A DNA stretch of 64,000 nucleotides, taken from assembly GCA_016929645.1 (NCBI GenBank), contig JAFGIK010000031.1, positions 2,548-66,547 of the forward strand. The letters are read 5' to 3'. Each line of letters begins with the position of its first letter. The first letter of the stretch is position 1. A program made the position numbers and the translations under genes. The notes beneath the pieces were generated by a model. That model did not search any database, was not told the DNA's origin, and saw only the letters and a list, made by a program, of their open reading frames with translations. This DNA is from Candidatus Dojkabacteria bacterium (lineage in GTDB: Bacteria; Patescibacteriota; Dojkabacteria; SC72; JAFGCJ01). Positions 17,863 to 29,446 of the stretch are shown piece after piece.

Positions 17863-18675
17863 ATGGATATATCAATAGTCATACCTACATACAAAGAGAT
17901 TGACGACCCAATACAGGATGCAAAATACAAAATACAAAGGTTAGCATCAAAGCTAGGTAATAAAACCCAATTTGAGCTCATCTACGTATTTGACGGTGTA
18001 CTTACGCACAGCATAATAAAACAGAAAATGATAAGGCTTCAAAGCGCAAATATACCAAATGTTAAAATCCTATATAACACATACAACAAAGGTAAAGGGT
18101 TCGGCCTTGTGAAAGGTATGGCCCATGCAGAAGGCAAACATATAGGCTTTCTTGACTATGGCAGAGAGATAAATCCTGATGTTATTGCTGATCAATACGA
18201 TAAATTAACAAAATATGGATACGATATTGCCATTGCCGACAAATATCATAAGGATTCGAAATTCAAAAGCAGTATTTTCCGCAAAATTATCAGTTCAGGA
18301 TTTGTTTTTGTCTCATATCTTTTTGTAGGGTTAAAGTTTGGAGATACACAAACAGGAGCTAAGCTTTTCAAAAGAGAAGTTGTAACAACAATTCTCCCCA
18401 AATTAACAATCAGAGGATACGCGATTGATGTAGAATTATTAAAAGCTTCACTAGACAACGGATTTAACAAAGTGATATCTACGCCAGTAGAATTACACAA
18501 AAACCTAGATTCAGGGATTAATCCTAGGACAATTATCAAAGTAAGTTACCAGATGGCAATAGATACTGCGTATGTAGGGTACTTATCACGCTTTAGAAAT
18601 GCATACAAAAAATACAACAATAGATCCACAATTTCTATCAAAACAATACTTGCAGAAATTAGTACTACAGCATAA
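17863..18675 (+). CDS. GT2 polyprenyl-phosphate glycosyltransferase (DPM/DPG synthase-like)
   Basis: ISIVIPTY, NKGKGFGL, DTQTGAKLF, GYAIDVELL. Confidence 0.82.
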   Translation: MDISIVIPTYKEIDDPIQDAKYKIQRLASKLGNKTQFELIYVFDGVLTHSIIKQKMIRLQSANIPNVKILYNTYNKGKGFGLVKGMAHAEGKHIGFLDYGREINPDVIADQYDKLTKYGYDIAIADKYHKDSKFKSSIFRKIISSGFVFVSYLFVGLKFGDTQTGAKLFKREVVTTILPKLTIRGYAIDVELLKASLDNGFNKVISTPVELHKNLDSGINPRTIIKVSYQMAIDTAYVGYLSRFRNAYKKYNNRSTISIKTILAEISTTA

Positions 18676-18687
18676 GATTGAATTCAT

Positions 18688-19236
18688 ATGAAGTACATTA
18701 TTTCAATACTTGTTTCAATTATTTTGCTTTCTACTGTACTATTTTTTACATTAGGCAATAATCCATTAACATTAACCTCAAAGCCCGAGGAGTTATCATT
18801 TACTTTACCAAAAGGAGATAACAAGACTGTAGTGCTCCAAGGACTTAGTTTTAAGGCTGAGCTTACTTATTCATGTAAAGATAATGAAGAATTCATTATA
18901 AAAACAGACAAGAATATCAACCTTGAATCTAGCAAAAGTTTGAAAATTAACAAACTAGCAATTCAAGTTTTTCAAAATGTTAGCTGGTACGACATAAAAA
19001 CCAAAAGTTTCTCAGTTTACCTTAACAACACGAAATATCTTGCAATACCACAAAGGCTCAATGACAATAGAATTGAGGTCGAATTTAGTTTTTCGACGGA
19101 AGAAAAAGATAACCAAACAAATCGAATCATAACAAGCGTTGTAAGATCAACAGATCTCCTGGTTTTCCCAATAATCATTTTATTAGTTGCATTAATCAAT
19201 GAAAAAAAAGAAACAAAAACAAGAAAAACAAAATAA
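18688..19236 (+). CDS. Hypothetical membrane protein with N- and C-terminal TM helices
   Basis: 182-aa ORF within the operon; hydrophobic termini. Confidence 0.6.
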   Translation: MKYIISILVSIILLSTVLFFTLGNNPLTLTSKPEELSFTLPKGDNKTVVLQGLSFKAELTYSCKDNEEFIIKTDKNINLESSKSLKINKLAIQVFQNVSWYDIKTKSFSVYLNNTKYLAIPQRLNDNRIEVEFSFSTEEKDNQTNRIITSVVRSTDLLVFPIIILLVALINEKKETKTRKTK

Positions 19237-20827
19237 AAAACTGGATATTCTGTCATTGGTTTTAACAATAGCTTCTATAGCAATTCCGATAGCTCTGGTA
19301 ATTTTCACACTTTGGATACCAATGCCAGAAAAGCCACTGTTTTTTGCAACAAATCGACCTTTCTATGATTCCAAGCCGTTCTACCAGACTTTTTACAACA
19401 CGAAAGAATATGATTGGGCAATAATATCAGCAATTCGTTGTATCTTCAGCAAATATATTGGAATCGTGTACGAGTCAAGAATATACTTTTCATTAATAAT
19501 GTTTGGTTGCTACATTTCTTACTATTTCTCGTTTAATGACTTTTTTAAAAGCGTTAAAAATCAAAAAAATCTTTTATTAAATATTATCGCGGCAACATTT
19601 AGCATATTAAATCCTTTCTTCGTAAATCGTTTAATATTAGGACACGATAGAATATTAATAGCTTACGCAATAACCCCACTTATGCTTGTCACTTCGTGGA
19701 AATTGATAACAGGAAACATTTTCAATATTGAAAGTTATATTAAAATATTATCCCTTTCTTTACTTATCGTATTCATATCACCTCATTTTCTACCTTTCCT
19801 TATAATTTACCTTATTTTATTTGCAATATTTGCTGCTAAAACAATAGGCAGGAAACTAAAACAGAAATCTCTAGTTATTGAAAATAAAAAGCAATTAATT
19901 GTTTTTTCGTTATTATCAGTTATTTCAATATTCTTAATTTACCTCACATTTAATAGAGTTATTGAGAAAACACAAACAATAAAGCTTGCTGATGCCGAAA
20001 TTTGGGCCACGAGAAGCGATAAATACTACAATATATTGATAAATACACTCAGTCTATACGGTTATTGGGTAGAGAAGGGAATACTTAATACATCAAAACA
20101 ATTATGGAGCAAATTCTGGATAGTCATCCCTATCGTGTACCTGACATTTTTTATTCAGGGACTCATCACAATTTTTAATGCCAAAAGTGACCCTACTACA
20201 ACAAAAACTAAAACAGCAAACAAAAGCCTTGTCTACCTAATAATATCAACATTTTTGATATTTTTACTATTATCACTTGGTCAAAATACTATATTTAGCG
20301 CAGGTTCAGTAATATTTGAAAATCTCTTTGACACAATATTACTGCGAGGCATGAGGGAGGCACAAAAATTTCAGGCATTTATTGCAATATATTATGTCCT
20401 AATAATCCCAATTGGACTGTCATCATTAAAAGGTCATGAAAAATTGCTAAACAAAACTTTAATTCTGCTAGGAAGCATATGTTTCCTAATCACAAGCAGT
20501 CTGACTCTATTCTTTAATGGCAATAATCAAGTCAAACAATGTAACTACCCATCGGAAGTTATTGATCTTGCAAATAGCCTTGATAAAGATGACAAAGTAT
20601 TGATACTAAATTTTTCACACAGTTACTTCAATTTTTGCAACATTTTTATCGAAAACCCGTTCGGAAATGTATTTTATGCAGATGTAGAAACTGGATTTGA
20701 TGCAAAGGAAGAGTATGATGTAATTCTATATGCAAAATCAGAGACATTTATCAATCCGATAAACCCAGAAATATGCTATCAAATAAAGGAAACTGATGAT
20801 GTTTATATTTGCAAAATTAATCATTAA
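19199..20827 (+). CDS. Polytopic GT-C-like (AftD/YfhO-like) membrane protein
   Basis: About 11 TMs, ILNPFFVNRLILGH, RGMREAQKF, short C-terminal soluble domain; glycosyltransferase context. Confidence 0.6.
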   Translation: MKKKKQKQEKQNKKLDILSLVLTIASIAIPIALVIFTLWIPMPEKPLFFATNRPFYDSKPFYQTFYNTKEYDWAIISAIRCIFSKYIGIVYESRIYFSLIMFGCYISYYFSFNDFFKSVKNQKNLLLNIIAATFSILNPFFVNRLILGHDRILIAYAITPLMLVTSWKLITGNIFNIESYIKILSLSLLIVFISPHFLPFLIIYLILFAIFAAKTIGRKLKQKSLVIENKKQLIVFSLLSVISIFLIYLTFNRVIEKTQTIKLADAEIWATRSDKYYNILINTLSLYGYWVEKGILNTSKQLWSKFWIVIPIVYLTFFIQGLITIFNAKSDPTTTKTKTANKSLVYLIISTFLIFLLLSLGQNTIFSAGSVIFENLFDTILLRGMREAQKFQAFIAIYYVLIIPIGLSSLKGHEKLLNKTLILLGSICFLITSSLTLFFNGNNQVKQCNYPSEVIDLANSLDKDDKVLILNFSHSYFNFCNIFIENPFGNVFYADVETGFDAKEEYDVILYAKSETFINPINPEICYQIKETDDVYICKINH

Positions 20828-20929
20828 ATAGTAAAATTATAGGGTACGTTCGCACGCTATATTAATTTTCAATAGTTCCTATACAAGATTAATTATTCAA
20901 GAAGAACATTCTAACTATAGGACTCAACA

Positions 20930-22063
20930 ATGACCAAAAAGAACAAAATTCTCTGGGTTAGCTGGAAAGATATAAACCACCCTCAAGCAGGAGGCGCAGA
21001 AATAATTACAACCGAATTAAGGAATCGATTAGTAAAGAATGGATACGAAGTGACTCATCTCACCTCAAATTACCCAGGTTCTAAACACGAAGAAACCGTT
21101 GAAGGCGTTAAAACAATTAGAGTAGGCCGCAATAGATATATTCATAGTTTTGCAGCAATAGTCTACTATTTGAGAAATCTTGTAAATAAGCAGGACATAA
21201 TTATTGAAGAAGTGAATACAGCCCCATACCTGCTAAATCTATTTAACAAAAATGCTAAGTTTTATCTATTCTATAATCAACTTGCAAGAGAAATATGGTT
21301 TTACGAAACCAAATTCCCACTGAATTTTATTGGCTATTTTCTTCTTGAACCATTAGCCACAATTGCAAATGCAATAAAAGGCCCAAAACTAATCACAATT
21401 TCAGAAAGTACAAAAACAGATTTGGAGAGATTTGGCCATAAAGATAAAAATATTTACATAATACCAATGGCCACACACACCAAACCATTGATTTCAATAA
21501 AAAGTTCCATTCCCAAAGAGAAGAATTTTACAATTATTTACCTTGGTAGTCTAAGGACAATGAAGAGGCCAATCGAAATACTTAAAGGATTCAAAGTTTT
21601 TGTTGAAAACAATCCAGAAGCAAAATTATGGATTGCAGGTGGCGGAAGCGACTTCCAGAAAAATAAACTAATAAAATACACAAAAGATAATAATCTCACA
21701 AAGAATGTAACATTTTTTGGATTTATTTCAGAAGAACAAAAAAGAGAATTACTTCAAAAAGCTCATGTACTTGCTGCAACAAGCCTTAAGGAAGGATGGG
21801 GGCTAATCGTTACAGAAGCAGGGTTAGTCGCCACTCCAAGCGTAGTCTACAACGTAGACGGCTTACGAGACTCCTGCCAGAACAATATAACAGGTATGGT
21901 TACAAACAGAAATATCCCTAATGAATTGGCAAAATGCTGGCAAGAAATGAAAGATCACCAAGAAAGTTATGAGATTTTTAGAAAAAACTCTTATATCTTT
22001 GCTCAAACGTTAACATTTAATAATTGTTTCAATAAATTTTTAGAAATAATTGAAAATGAATAA
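20930..22063 (+). CDS. GT4 glycosyltransferase
   Basis: WKDINHPQAGGAE, EGWGLIVTEA, YNVDGLRDS. Confidence 0.88.
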   Translation: MTKKNKILWVSWKDINHPQAGGAEIITTELRNRLVKNGYEVTHLTSNYPGSKHEETVEGVKTIRVGRNRYIHSFAAIVYYLRNLVNKQDIIIEEVNTAPYLLNLFNKNAKFYLFYNQLAREIWFYETKFPLNFIGYFLLEPLATIANAIKGPKLITISESTKTDLERFGHKDKNIYIIPMATHTKPLISIKSSIPKEKNFTIIYLGSLRTMKRPIEILKGFKVFVENNPEAKLWIAGGGSDFQKNKLIKYTKDNNLTKNVTFFGFISEEQKRELLQKAHVLAATSLKEGWGLIVTEAGLVATPSVVYNVDGLRDSCQNNITGMVTNRNIPNELAKCWQEMKDHQESYEIFRKNSYIFAQTLTFNNCFNKFLEIIENE

Positions 22064-23207
22064 ATCAAACCAATCTGCCAAAATGAAAATCTTATTTCTA
22101 GGAACTCACGGTCAAAAAAACATTGGAGATGAATTATTACTTGAAACATTTCTTTATAAATTAAGAGAAAATTACGATTTTCTTGTTAACTCATACACAC
22201 CCAAAGAAACTGCTGAGAAATTTAATGTAAAAACATTTGACACTCAAAATGAGCGTATAAAGATGATGAAGTATATCAATAACAGTGATGTTGTAATATT
22301 TGGTGGAGGAAGCATAGTCAAAGAAATGTATCCAGAGTACGGGAGAAGTAGATATTCCGTTTTGTTCATACTCCTTGCAATATCATTGTATACAAAAATA
22401 ATTGCACGGAAAAAACTAATTTTTTCCAATATCGGAATTGGTCCTTTAAAGAAAAAATTTAGTTTTTTCCTTGCAAAATTAATCCTATCGTGTGGTGATT
22501 TTATTTCAGTCAGAGATACAAATTCCCTCGAGTATGCAAATATTGTTGTTCCAAAGAAAAAAGTGCTCCAAGTACCTGATGCAGTATTTGCATTAAACAA
22601 GGATTACTTTGGATTGAAAGAGAATAAAGCTAACAGCACCAAGACCATAGCTGTAAATTTATGCAAAAACATAGAAAAGCCAAGCAATTGGAAGTATTTC
22701 ATAGATCAACTGACAAAATCCATTATTAATGTTCACAAAAAACATCCAGAATTTGAATTTGTTGGTCTTCCTATGCAATATGATTATTCAATTGATGATA
22801 TTAAGACATTAAAGATGCTAAAAGAAAAACTTTCATTAATGGACAAAACGATTAAGTTTAGTATAACTAAACCAAATTCTGTTGAAGATATCATTAAAAT
22901 AATCAATAATGCACATTTGGTTGTAGCGGAACGCCTTCATACAAACATTTTATCAATAATTACCAATACTCCATTTGTAGCTCTAGAATACGACATAAAA
23001 GTTCAATCACTTTTGAAAAATCACAATCTCGAGAAGCAAGGATTAAATATTAACGAAAAATTTAAAGATGGCTTGATCCAGGAAAAGATTGAGAATTCAT
23101 TAAGTAATTATGATCTTATTAAGAAATCATTAGAAAAAATAAGCAAAAATAATAACGAAATTGTTACCGAATACTTTAACTCTTTAAAGACAGAGATTAA
23201 TAAATAA
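22056..23207 (+). CDS. Polysaccharide pyruvyl transferase family protein (CsaB-like)
   Basis: GTHGQKNIGDELLL, FGGGS, GIGPL, ISVRD, VPDAV, ERLH, YDIKV; ATG at 22056. Confidence 0.85.
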   Translation: MNKSNQSAKMKILFLGTHGQKNIGDELLLETFLYKLRENYDFLVNSYTPKETAEKFNVKTFDTQNERIKMMKYINNSDVVIFGGGSIVKEMYPEYGRSRYSVLFILLAISLYTKIIARKKLIFSNIGIGPLKKKFSFFLAKLILSCGDFISVRDTNSLEYANIVVPKKKVLQVPDAVFALNKDYFGLKENKANSTKTIAVNLCKNIEKPSNWKYFIDQLTKSIINVHKKHPEFEFVGLPMQYDYSIDDIKTLKMLKEKLSLMDKTIKFSITKPNSVEDIIKIINNAHLVVAERLHTNILSIITNTPFVALEYDIKVQSLLKNHNLEKQGLNINEKFKDGLIQEKIENSLSNYDLIKKSLEKISKNNNEIVTEYFNSLKTEINK

Positions 23208-24388
23208 TGAAAAAATTATTTTGTACAATAAATGGGAATACACGCAAAACAAAATCCGGAGGCGGTGTCCATTTTGTACAACTTATTGAATGGATAAAAG
23301 AGAATAAAAAAGATGTAGAAGTAAGTCTTATTCACCCACAAAACGATTTTCTGCTTGATACATATGAACAGCTAAGAAGTGTTAGAAATATAGGGTACTT
23401 CGAACCAAACTTTCTGAAAAAATCAGTCAGCCTTGCATATCTTTATAGATCTATCGTTTCACCAACAAAAATTCCATTAAAAGAAATTCAAAAAAATGAT
23501 CAGGCAACACTATTAGCAACAAGCCACTATTTAACAGATACTTTACCAATATTTATTAAATCAATATTTAGCTCTTCAAAAGTCACAAAGTCAGTTTATG
23601 TATACCATCTTGTGCTTGACTCACCAAGAAAAGCTAGCATATCTACATTTTTAAGCAATATTCAAGAAAGAATATCCTTATTTTTAATCAAAAAATCATT
23701 TGACAGAATTATCGTAATAAATGACTTTGTAATGAAAAAACTATTAAAATTTGGATTTGATAGAAAAAAGATAAAGAAAATTAATAGTCTTGCTAAGTTA
23801 CGAAACGTTAAAGTCGTAGATTATAAAAGAAAAAAATACGACCTCTGCTACCTTGGTAGATTTGCCCAAAATAAAGGAGTTTATGACTTCATTGAAGTAT
23901 TTAAGAAAATTCAAAAAAATAATCCCAAAATAACAGGAATCATGATTGGTGATGGTACAGAATTTCAAAATATTAATGAAATTACAAAAAGAGAAAAACT
24001 TGATATTAAACTTCCTGGGTTTGTTGATGATGATAACAAATTTCGTTATCTTTCCGAATCAAAATTTTTTGTTTTCCCAAGTATAGAAGAGGGATGGGGT
24101 ATTGCAATAATAGAAAGCCTTTCGTCAGGAACTCCAGTAATAGCATATGATCTTGATATTTATAAAGAAATATTTGGCAATAATATTTTTACTACAGAAT
24201 TAAAGAACGTAAAAGCACTAACACAAAAAACAGACAATTTGTTAAAAAAATATTCAGAAAATTTTAACGAATACGAAAAGAAACAAAAAGAAATAATGAA
24301 ATTTTCAAGAGATTTTGATTTAAATAAAACAGCAGATGAAGAATTTAGTTTTTTAACAAACCTAGATAATTCGTCCGAAAAAAAATGA
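23207..24388 (+). CDS. GT4 glycosyltransferase
   Basis: YLGRFAQNKG, FPSIEEGWGIAIIESLSSGTPVIAYD. Confidence 0.88.
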   Translation: MKKLFCTINGNTRKTKSGGGVHFVQLIEWIKENKKDVEVSLIHPQNDFLLDTYEQLRSVRNIGYFEPNFLKKSVSLAYLYRSIVSPTKIPLKEIQKNDQATLLATSHYLTDTLPIFIKSIFSSSKVTKSVYVYHLVLDSPRKASISTFLSNIQERISLFLIKKSFDRIIVINDFVMKKLLKFGFDRKKIKKINSLAKLRNVKVVDYKRKKYDLCYLGRFAQNKGVYDFIEVFKKIQKNNPKITGIMIGDGTEFQNINEITKREKLDIKLPGFVDDDNKFRYLSESKFFVFPSIEEGWGIAIIESLSSGTPVIAYDLDIYKEIFGNNIFTTELKNVKALTQKTDNLLKKYSENFNEYEKKQKEIMKFSRDFDLNKTADEEFSFLTNLDNSSEKK

Positions 24389-24392
24389 GAGA

Positions 24393-27300
24393 ATGAAGGA
24401 ATCAAATAAAAAAACAAAAAACAGAAAATGGATAAAAGTTTTAGTTTCATGGGTACTCCCGGTATTAATATATGCACTTTTGGCAATTTTTGTTTCAAGA
24501 AAAGTGATTTTCTCTGAAGGGCATATAGGATTTATTCATGACTGGGCATTACCAAGAACTCAGCAAGAGTCCCAAATGGTATTATCCAAAGTATTTTATG
24601 CTTACACAGACAGAGATCTTGGTACATCACCATCATATTTGACTGACTACACATTTACATTAATTATTGGAACACTTGGCAAGCTTGGAATTAGTGGGAC
24701 AACAGTGTCAAAGTTGATAATTTTTTCATCAGTTTTCCTGTCTGGTACTAATTTATACATATTTTTAAGAAGATCATTAAAAGCCAAACCGTTTCCTTCA
24801 TTCTGGGCTGGGTTATTTTATGCAATTTCTCCTTATATATTTTATAAAATTATTGCTGGACATATTTACTTTTTGTTTGGATACATGATTCTCCCAATTT
24901 TCGGATACTTTGTAGAGCGGGCATTCAGATCAAAATCCATATATAAACTCATCACAAGTTCATTAATAGCAGGAGTTCTACTTTCGTTCGCAGGATGGCA
25001 AATTCAATTCTATATTTTCGGAGCAGTCTTATATGCCATTATCTTCTTTTCAAGTAAGGCTAAAACTGCAAATAAAATTGCAAATTTTGCAATTTTATTT
25101 TTAACAAACATAATACTTTGTATGCCATGGTTCATTCCCTTATTTTCAAGAGAAAAAGTAACAGAGCAGTTTCAGGGATATGTTTCGTATCAATCAATAA
25201 TCAGGCAATCAAAATATTCCATATTATCAAACATTATAAGAGGAAGAGAAGGCTCAGCGCCTTATTTTTCTGAAACGCTTAATTCATTACCTCAATATCA
25301 AGCTGATATATATAATATTGTTTCATATTTTATTGCATTTATAAGCATTTCAGGAATAGTAATATCGATAGTTGCATTTTTCTCAAGTATTTTCAATAAA
25401 ATTACGAAAAATCCCAAAAATAGAAAAACATCAATATTACAAAGATTCTGCATAATATCAATCCCATTTCTTGCAGTTTTTATGTTCCTGGCAAACGGGT
25501 CAAATTTTCCAACAGGAGATTTTATAATTCAACTTTATAAAAACATTTCAATACTGGGATTATTTAGAGAGATATATCACATTGCATATATAATTGTATT
25601 CTTTTTCAATATATACCTCGCTTTCTTCCTCGATAAAGTAATTTTTAATCGTGAACTATATAATTCTCCCACCAAAAAATTGCCTAAATTCTTCAAGTTA
25701 ATTACGAATGTCATTCTTGTAATCCTGTTTTTAGGAATGGTACCAGTATACGCTTCTGGAAATTTTGGAAACCACTTGAAAACCTACACCCTGGATTCAG
25801 ATTTATTAGAATTACAGGAAAATCTTAGTGGTGAACGCGTAATATTTTTACCTAACATGCAGCCATACAATCCAGACCCTGATGCAAATTGGGGAGGATG
25901 GAATGTCATGCAAGTTTATGGCCAATACAGCACAACACCTCAAGGAGGAATTACAAATCCATATCAGAAGACAATAATAAATAGGATCAACTACTGCCTT
26001 ATTTTCGATGATAATTGCTATAACGAAGTACCAACAATGCTGAAAGATATGGGTATTACAAAGATAGTCGTACTAAACGATATTTATTCTTTGAATTATC
26101 GGTTCACTGCCTTGGGCTTAGAATCTAACAACAAAAACCTATTTAAAGAGGTAAATTATGAAGAGCGACTGGATTCTTTAAATTTCACTAAATTAGAGAA
26201 TAATTCTAAATACGTATTGTATGACATTCCTGATACAAATCCTGTAATATCTGCCAATAACACTTTAGTATCAATGTTTGGAGGTATTCAGGGCCTAACA
26301 ATTTCAGAAACACAGGATGCAGAAATTATTGGAAGCCACAGAGGAAGTATAAATAGTGAGATTTTTGAAGAATCAGATGGAGTAATAATAGAAAACAACA
26401 AAATTCTCTTAACCCAACTGGAGCTGAATCCAAACACTCTTGAAATTGAGCCAGGTTATTTTGTCGAAGATAATAGCTGGAATTCATACTTTAATTATTG
26501 GTGGAGAGAAGGCTTCTCTGACAGCGGATACAATGGAGTTTACACAGAATCAACAAACGCTGTTCTAACAATTCCAATAACAATACCAAAATCACAGAAA
26601 TACGATATATACGTCAATCTTGGAACTCAGAACGCCCAAGAGATATCAAAATTCGCAATATCTTTTGAAAACATTGATGGAAGGACCAAAATTGATAATA
26701 CGAACATCCAGAGAAATTATGGCATCATTGAAGCAGCAAAAGACATCCATCTTGAAAAAGGCCAAGTAACAATGATACTACGAAACTTAAAGGGCCCAAC
26801 AAAGATTGATTCAATCTATCTTGTCCCAAGTAATGATGAAAAAATCGATTTAAATTTCGAAGATAAATCAATATTTCTTATTAATTCAGTAGATACAATT
26901 AATTCATACGAAAACAACCCACTGAGAATTGAAACTGATCTTAGCGATTACGAAATTTCTGCTTATAAAGAAGATGAAAATAAAACAAAATATAAATTCA
27001 CAGAAGGAGATCCTTACAACATAATCGAAGTTGAATATTCCAAAGATAATCTAGAAACAGGGGAATTTGTCTCACTTCGATACCCGCTGAATGGAATACC
27101 AGTCCAGAAACTTCAGTTGCTTGAAAGATTCGAATTTGAGTATTCTCTATCAAGTCCAAACGATACTTATATCGACGTAGCAATAACAATCACTCATAGC
27201 GGAAAAACATCAACAATGATTGTTCAAAAAGAATTCACCAACAACAATACCGGAAAAGTTACAGTAGACTTTAATAACGTTATAAAAAACCTTGAATATA

Positions 27301-28568
27301 AAATTCTGGACACAAAAATTGAGGACATCGCAATCCAATCAATAGTAATAACATTGAATAGAAATAGACTTATTGATTTAGATCAAAACACAAAATATAC
27401 ATATCAAATTTCTAATCCGGTTTTTACAACAGACCAAAACAAGCTTATTTCTGAAAATGATTTTTATGACACAGCCTACTACCTTAATCAGAACATGCTA
27501 ATTAATTATCTTGATCAGAATTATTCTGATTCTAAAGTTGAAATATCGACAGATCCGCTAAATCCCGAAGTTTCATTAAATTCATATCAGGCAGGAGAAA
27601 GAAACACATCTGTAGATTTTAGTCAAAATAACTACACCCTAAATATAACTGAATCGGCAGAGACAAGTGAATTCGCAACACTATCAATAAATATCGAAGA
27701 CCCCGAAATAATAGGAAATTATGATTATTTAGTAATACCTGCAACCTTTGATGAACAAGCTGGATTTATCGATGTAATGCTAAGGTATTCAAATCAAGAA
27801 GACAAATACTCAGATCCACTCATTTTTACATCGACGAAAAATTCAGGAGGAAACATAATAATAAACTTATCAGAGATGCTCAAAGGACATACGGCCGCCG
27901 AAATAGAAAGCATAGAAATTATCATGAATAAAAATAAATGGCTATCACAAGACATAAGGAAAGTAAATTTCCAGATAGGTAATATCAACCTGTTAAAAAA
28001 TAACAATTCAAAAGAATCTATCACAAATTTTGAAAAGAAATTCATAACAGTTTATTCTCCAGTAGAGGATACCTTCATTCTGAAAATGGTCCAGCCAGAT
28101 GGAAAATATATTTCTTCAGAAGTAAAATTAAAGGTCGGAATCAATCAAGTAAATTTACCTTCAGATAGTGACACGATCACAATCAAATACTGTATATTGG
28201 AGAGATTAGCTTCAGATTGGAATCCAACTAAAATATTTCCAAAATATAAGAAAATCGATAGTACAAATTATGAAGTCGTCTATGAAAAGTCATTAAGTAA
28301 AATGAAAATTATAACGATACGCAATATCTATGATGCTGACTGGCAGATAGAACAATATGAAAACAGCAAGCAAATTAGAACAAACATGCTATTTAACTCA
28401 TTTCTAATTGAAAATATAAAAGAAAATCCAATAGAAATTGATTATAGTTTACAAGTATACAGAGAGTATTCTTTATGGATAACACTTGCTACAGCATTAA
28501 TTGTTTCCATGATACTTGCAATTTGGGGAATAATGAGGAAATTTAAAATAATAAATAATGCAAAATGA
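24393..28568 (+). CDS. Large GT-C-like (AftD/YfhO-like) membrane protein with ~900 aa of extracellular beta-rich domains and a C-terminal TM
   Basis: N-terminal TM bundle (GFIHDW, FYAISPYIFYKIIAGH, CMPWFIP, GLFREI), then YKKIDSTNYEV...YDADW...TNMLFNSF and a final TM. Confidence 0.65.
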   Translation: MKESNKKTKNRKWIKVLVSWVLPVLIYALLAIFVSRKVIFSEGHIGFIHDWALPRTQQESQMVLSKVFYAYTDRDLGTSPSYLTDYTFTLIIGTLGKLGISGTTVSKLIIFSSVFLSGTNLYIFLRRSLKAKPFPSFWAGLFYAISPYIFYKIIAGHIYFLFGYMILPIFGYFVERAFRSKSIYKLITSSLIAGVLLSFAGWQIQFYIFGAVLYAIIFFSSKAKTANKIANFAILFLTNIILCMPWFIPLFSREKVTEQFQGYVSYQSIIRQSKYSILSNIIRGREGSAPYFSETLNSLPQYQADIYNIVSYFIAFISISGIVISIVAFFSSIFNKITKNPKNRKTSILQRFCIISIPFLAVFMFLANGSNFPTGDFIIQLYKNISILGLFREIYHIAYIIVFFFNIYLAFFLDKVIFNRELYNSPTKKLPKFFKLITNVILVILFLGMVPVYASGNFGNHLKTYTLDSDLLELQENLSGERVIFLPNMQPYNPDPDANWGGWNVMQVYGQYSTTPQGGITNPYQKTIINRINYCLIFDDNCYNEVPTMLKDMGITKIVVLNDIYSLNYRFTALGLESNNKNLFKEVNYEERLDSLNFTKLENNSKYVLYDIPDTNPVISANNTLVSMFGGIQGLTISETQDAEIIGSHRGSINSEIFEESDGVIIENNKILLTQLELNPNTLEIEPGYFVEDNSWNSYFNYWWREGFSDSGYNGVYTESTNAVLTIPITIPKSQKYDIYVNLGTQNAQEISKFAISFENIDGRTKIDNTNIQRNYGIIEAAKDIHLEKGQVTMILRNLKGPTKIDSIYLVPSNDEKIDLNFEDKSIFLINSVDTINSYENNPLRIETDLSDYEISAYKEDENKTKYKFTEGDPYNIIEVEYSKDNLETGEFVSLRYPLNGIPVQKLQLLERFEFEYSLSSPNDTYIDVAITITHSGKTSTMIVQKEFTNNNTGKVTVDFNNVIKNLEYKILDTKIEDIAIQSIVITLNRNRLIDLDQNTKYTYQISNPVFTTDQNKLISENDFYDTAYYLNQNMLINYLDQNYSDSKVEISTDPLNPEVSLNSYQAGERNTSVDFSQNNYTLNITESAETSEFATLSINIEDPEIIGNYDYLVIPATFDEQAGFIDVMLRYSNQEDKYSDPLIFTSTKNSGGNIIINLSEMLKGHTAAEIESIEIIMNKNKWLSQDIRKVNFQIGNINLLKNNNSKESITNFEKKFITVYSPVEDTFILKMVQPDGKYISSEVKLKVGINQVNLPSDSDTITIKYCILERLASDWNPTKIFPKYKKIDSTNYEVVYEKSLSKMKIITIRNIYDADWQIEQYENSKQIRTNMLFNSFLIENIKENPIEIDYSLQVYREYSLWITLATALIVSMILAIWGIMRKFKIINNAK

Positions 28569-29446
28569 AAAAGTCATTAATCTCAGTAATAGTCCCAACA
28601 CTTAATTCAGAAAAGCTTCTTGATAAATGTCTGAGATCAATTAAGAGTCAGACTTACAAAGATATTGAAATTATTGTTGTAGACAATTTTTCAAAAGATA
28701 ACACACGAAAGATCGCCAAAAAATACACGAGAAATATTTATATTAAAGGTCCAGAAAGAAGTGCTCAGGTAAACTACGCAGTAAAAAAGGCAAAAGGTGA
28801 ATATGTATACAAGGTTGACAGTGATTTCGTCCTGGATCCAGAAGTGATTAACCAATGCGTAAAAAAAGTAGATGAAGGTTTTGATGCAGTTGTTGTTCAT
28901 AATTCGCCAGATGTCCGAATTAGTTACATTGCCAAAATTCGGAAATTCGAAACAGACATGTACAAATATGACATTACTCACTCATCCGCAAGATTTGTAA
29001 AAAAGACCGTATACGAAAAGATTGGCGGATTTCGAACAGACATAACAGCAGGGGAGGATTATGATTTTCAAAACAAATTAAATAAAGGTGGATTCAAAAC
29101 TGGTTTTATAGAGGCAGAAGCATTACACCTTGGTGAACCAACAAATCTATTTAAGCATTTGAAAAAATACTATGATTATGGAAAAGATTTTGTAAATTAT
29201 CAAAAATCAAATAATGAAGAATCTCATTCTCAACTAGCATTTGTAAGACCAGTTTACCTTAAGAATTGGAAGAAATTTCTTGTGCATCCAATCTTAGGGT
29301 TTTCTTTTATAATTTATAGTATGGCTAAATTTGGCGCAGGTGCACTTGGATTCTTTACTGCAAATCCAAAACAAACATTAAGAATGATCGCTGAACACAT
29401 AAGCTTAAAGTTTAAAAAGAAACCTAAAAAAAATGAAAAATATTAA
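28565..29446 (+). CDS. GT2 glycosyltransferase
   Basis: ISVIVPT, VVDNFSKD, GPERSAQ, VDSD, GEDYD. Confidence 0.9.
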   Translation: MKKSLISVIVPTLNSEKLLDKCLRSIKSQTYKDIEIIVVDNFSKDNTRKIAKKYTRNIYIKGPERSAQVNYAVKKAKGEYVYKVDSDFVLDPEVINQCVKKVDEGFDAVVVHNSPDVRISYIAKIRKFETDMYKYDITHSSARFVKKTVYEKIGGFRTDITAGEDYDFQNKLNKGGFKTGFIEAEALHLGEPTNLFKHLKKYYDYGKDFVNYQKSNNEESHSQLAFVRPVYLKNWKKFLVHPILGFSFIIYSMAKFGAGALGFFTANPKQTLRMIAEHISLKFKKKPKKNEKY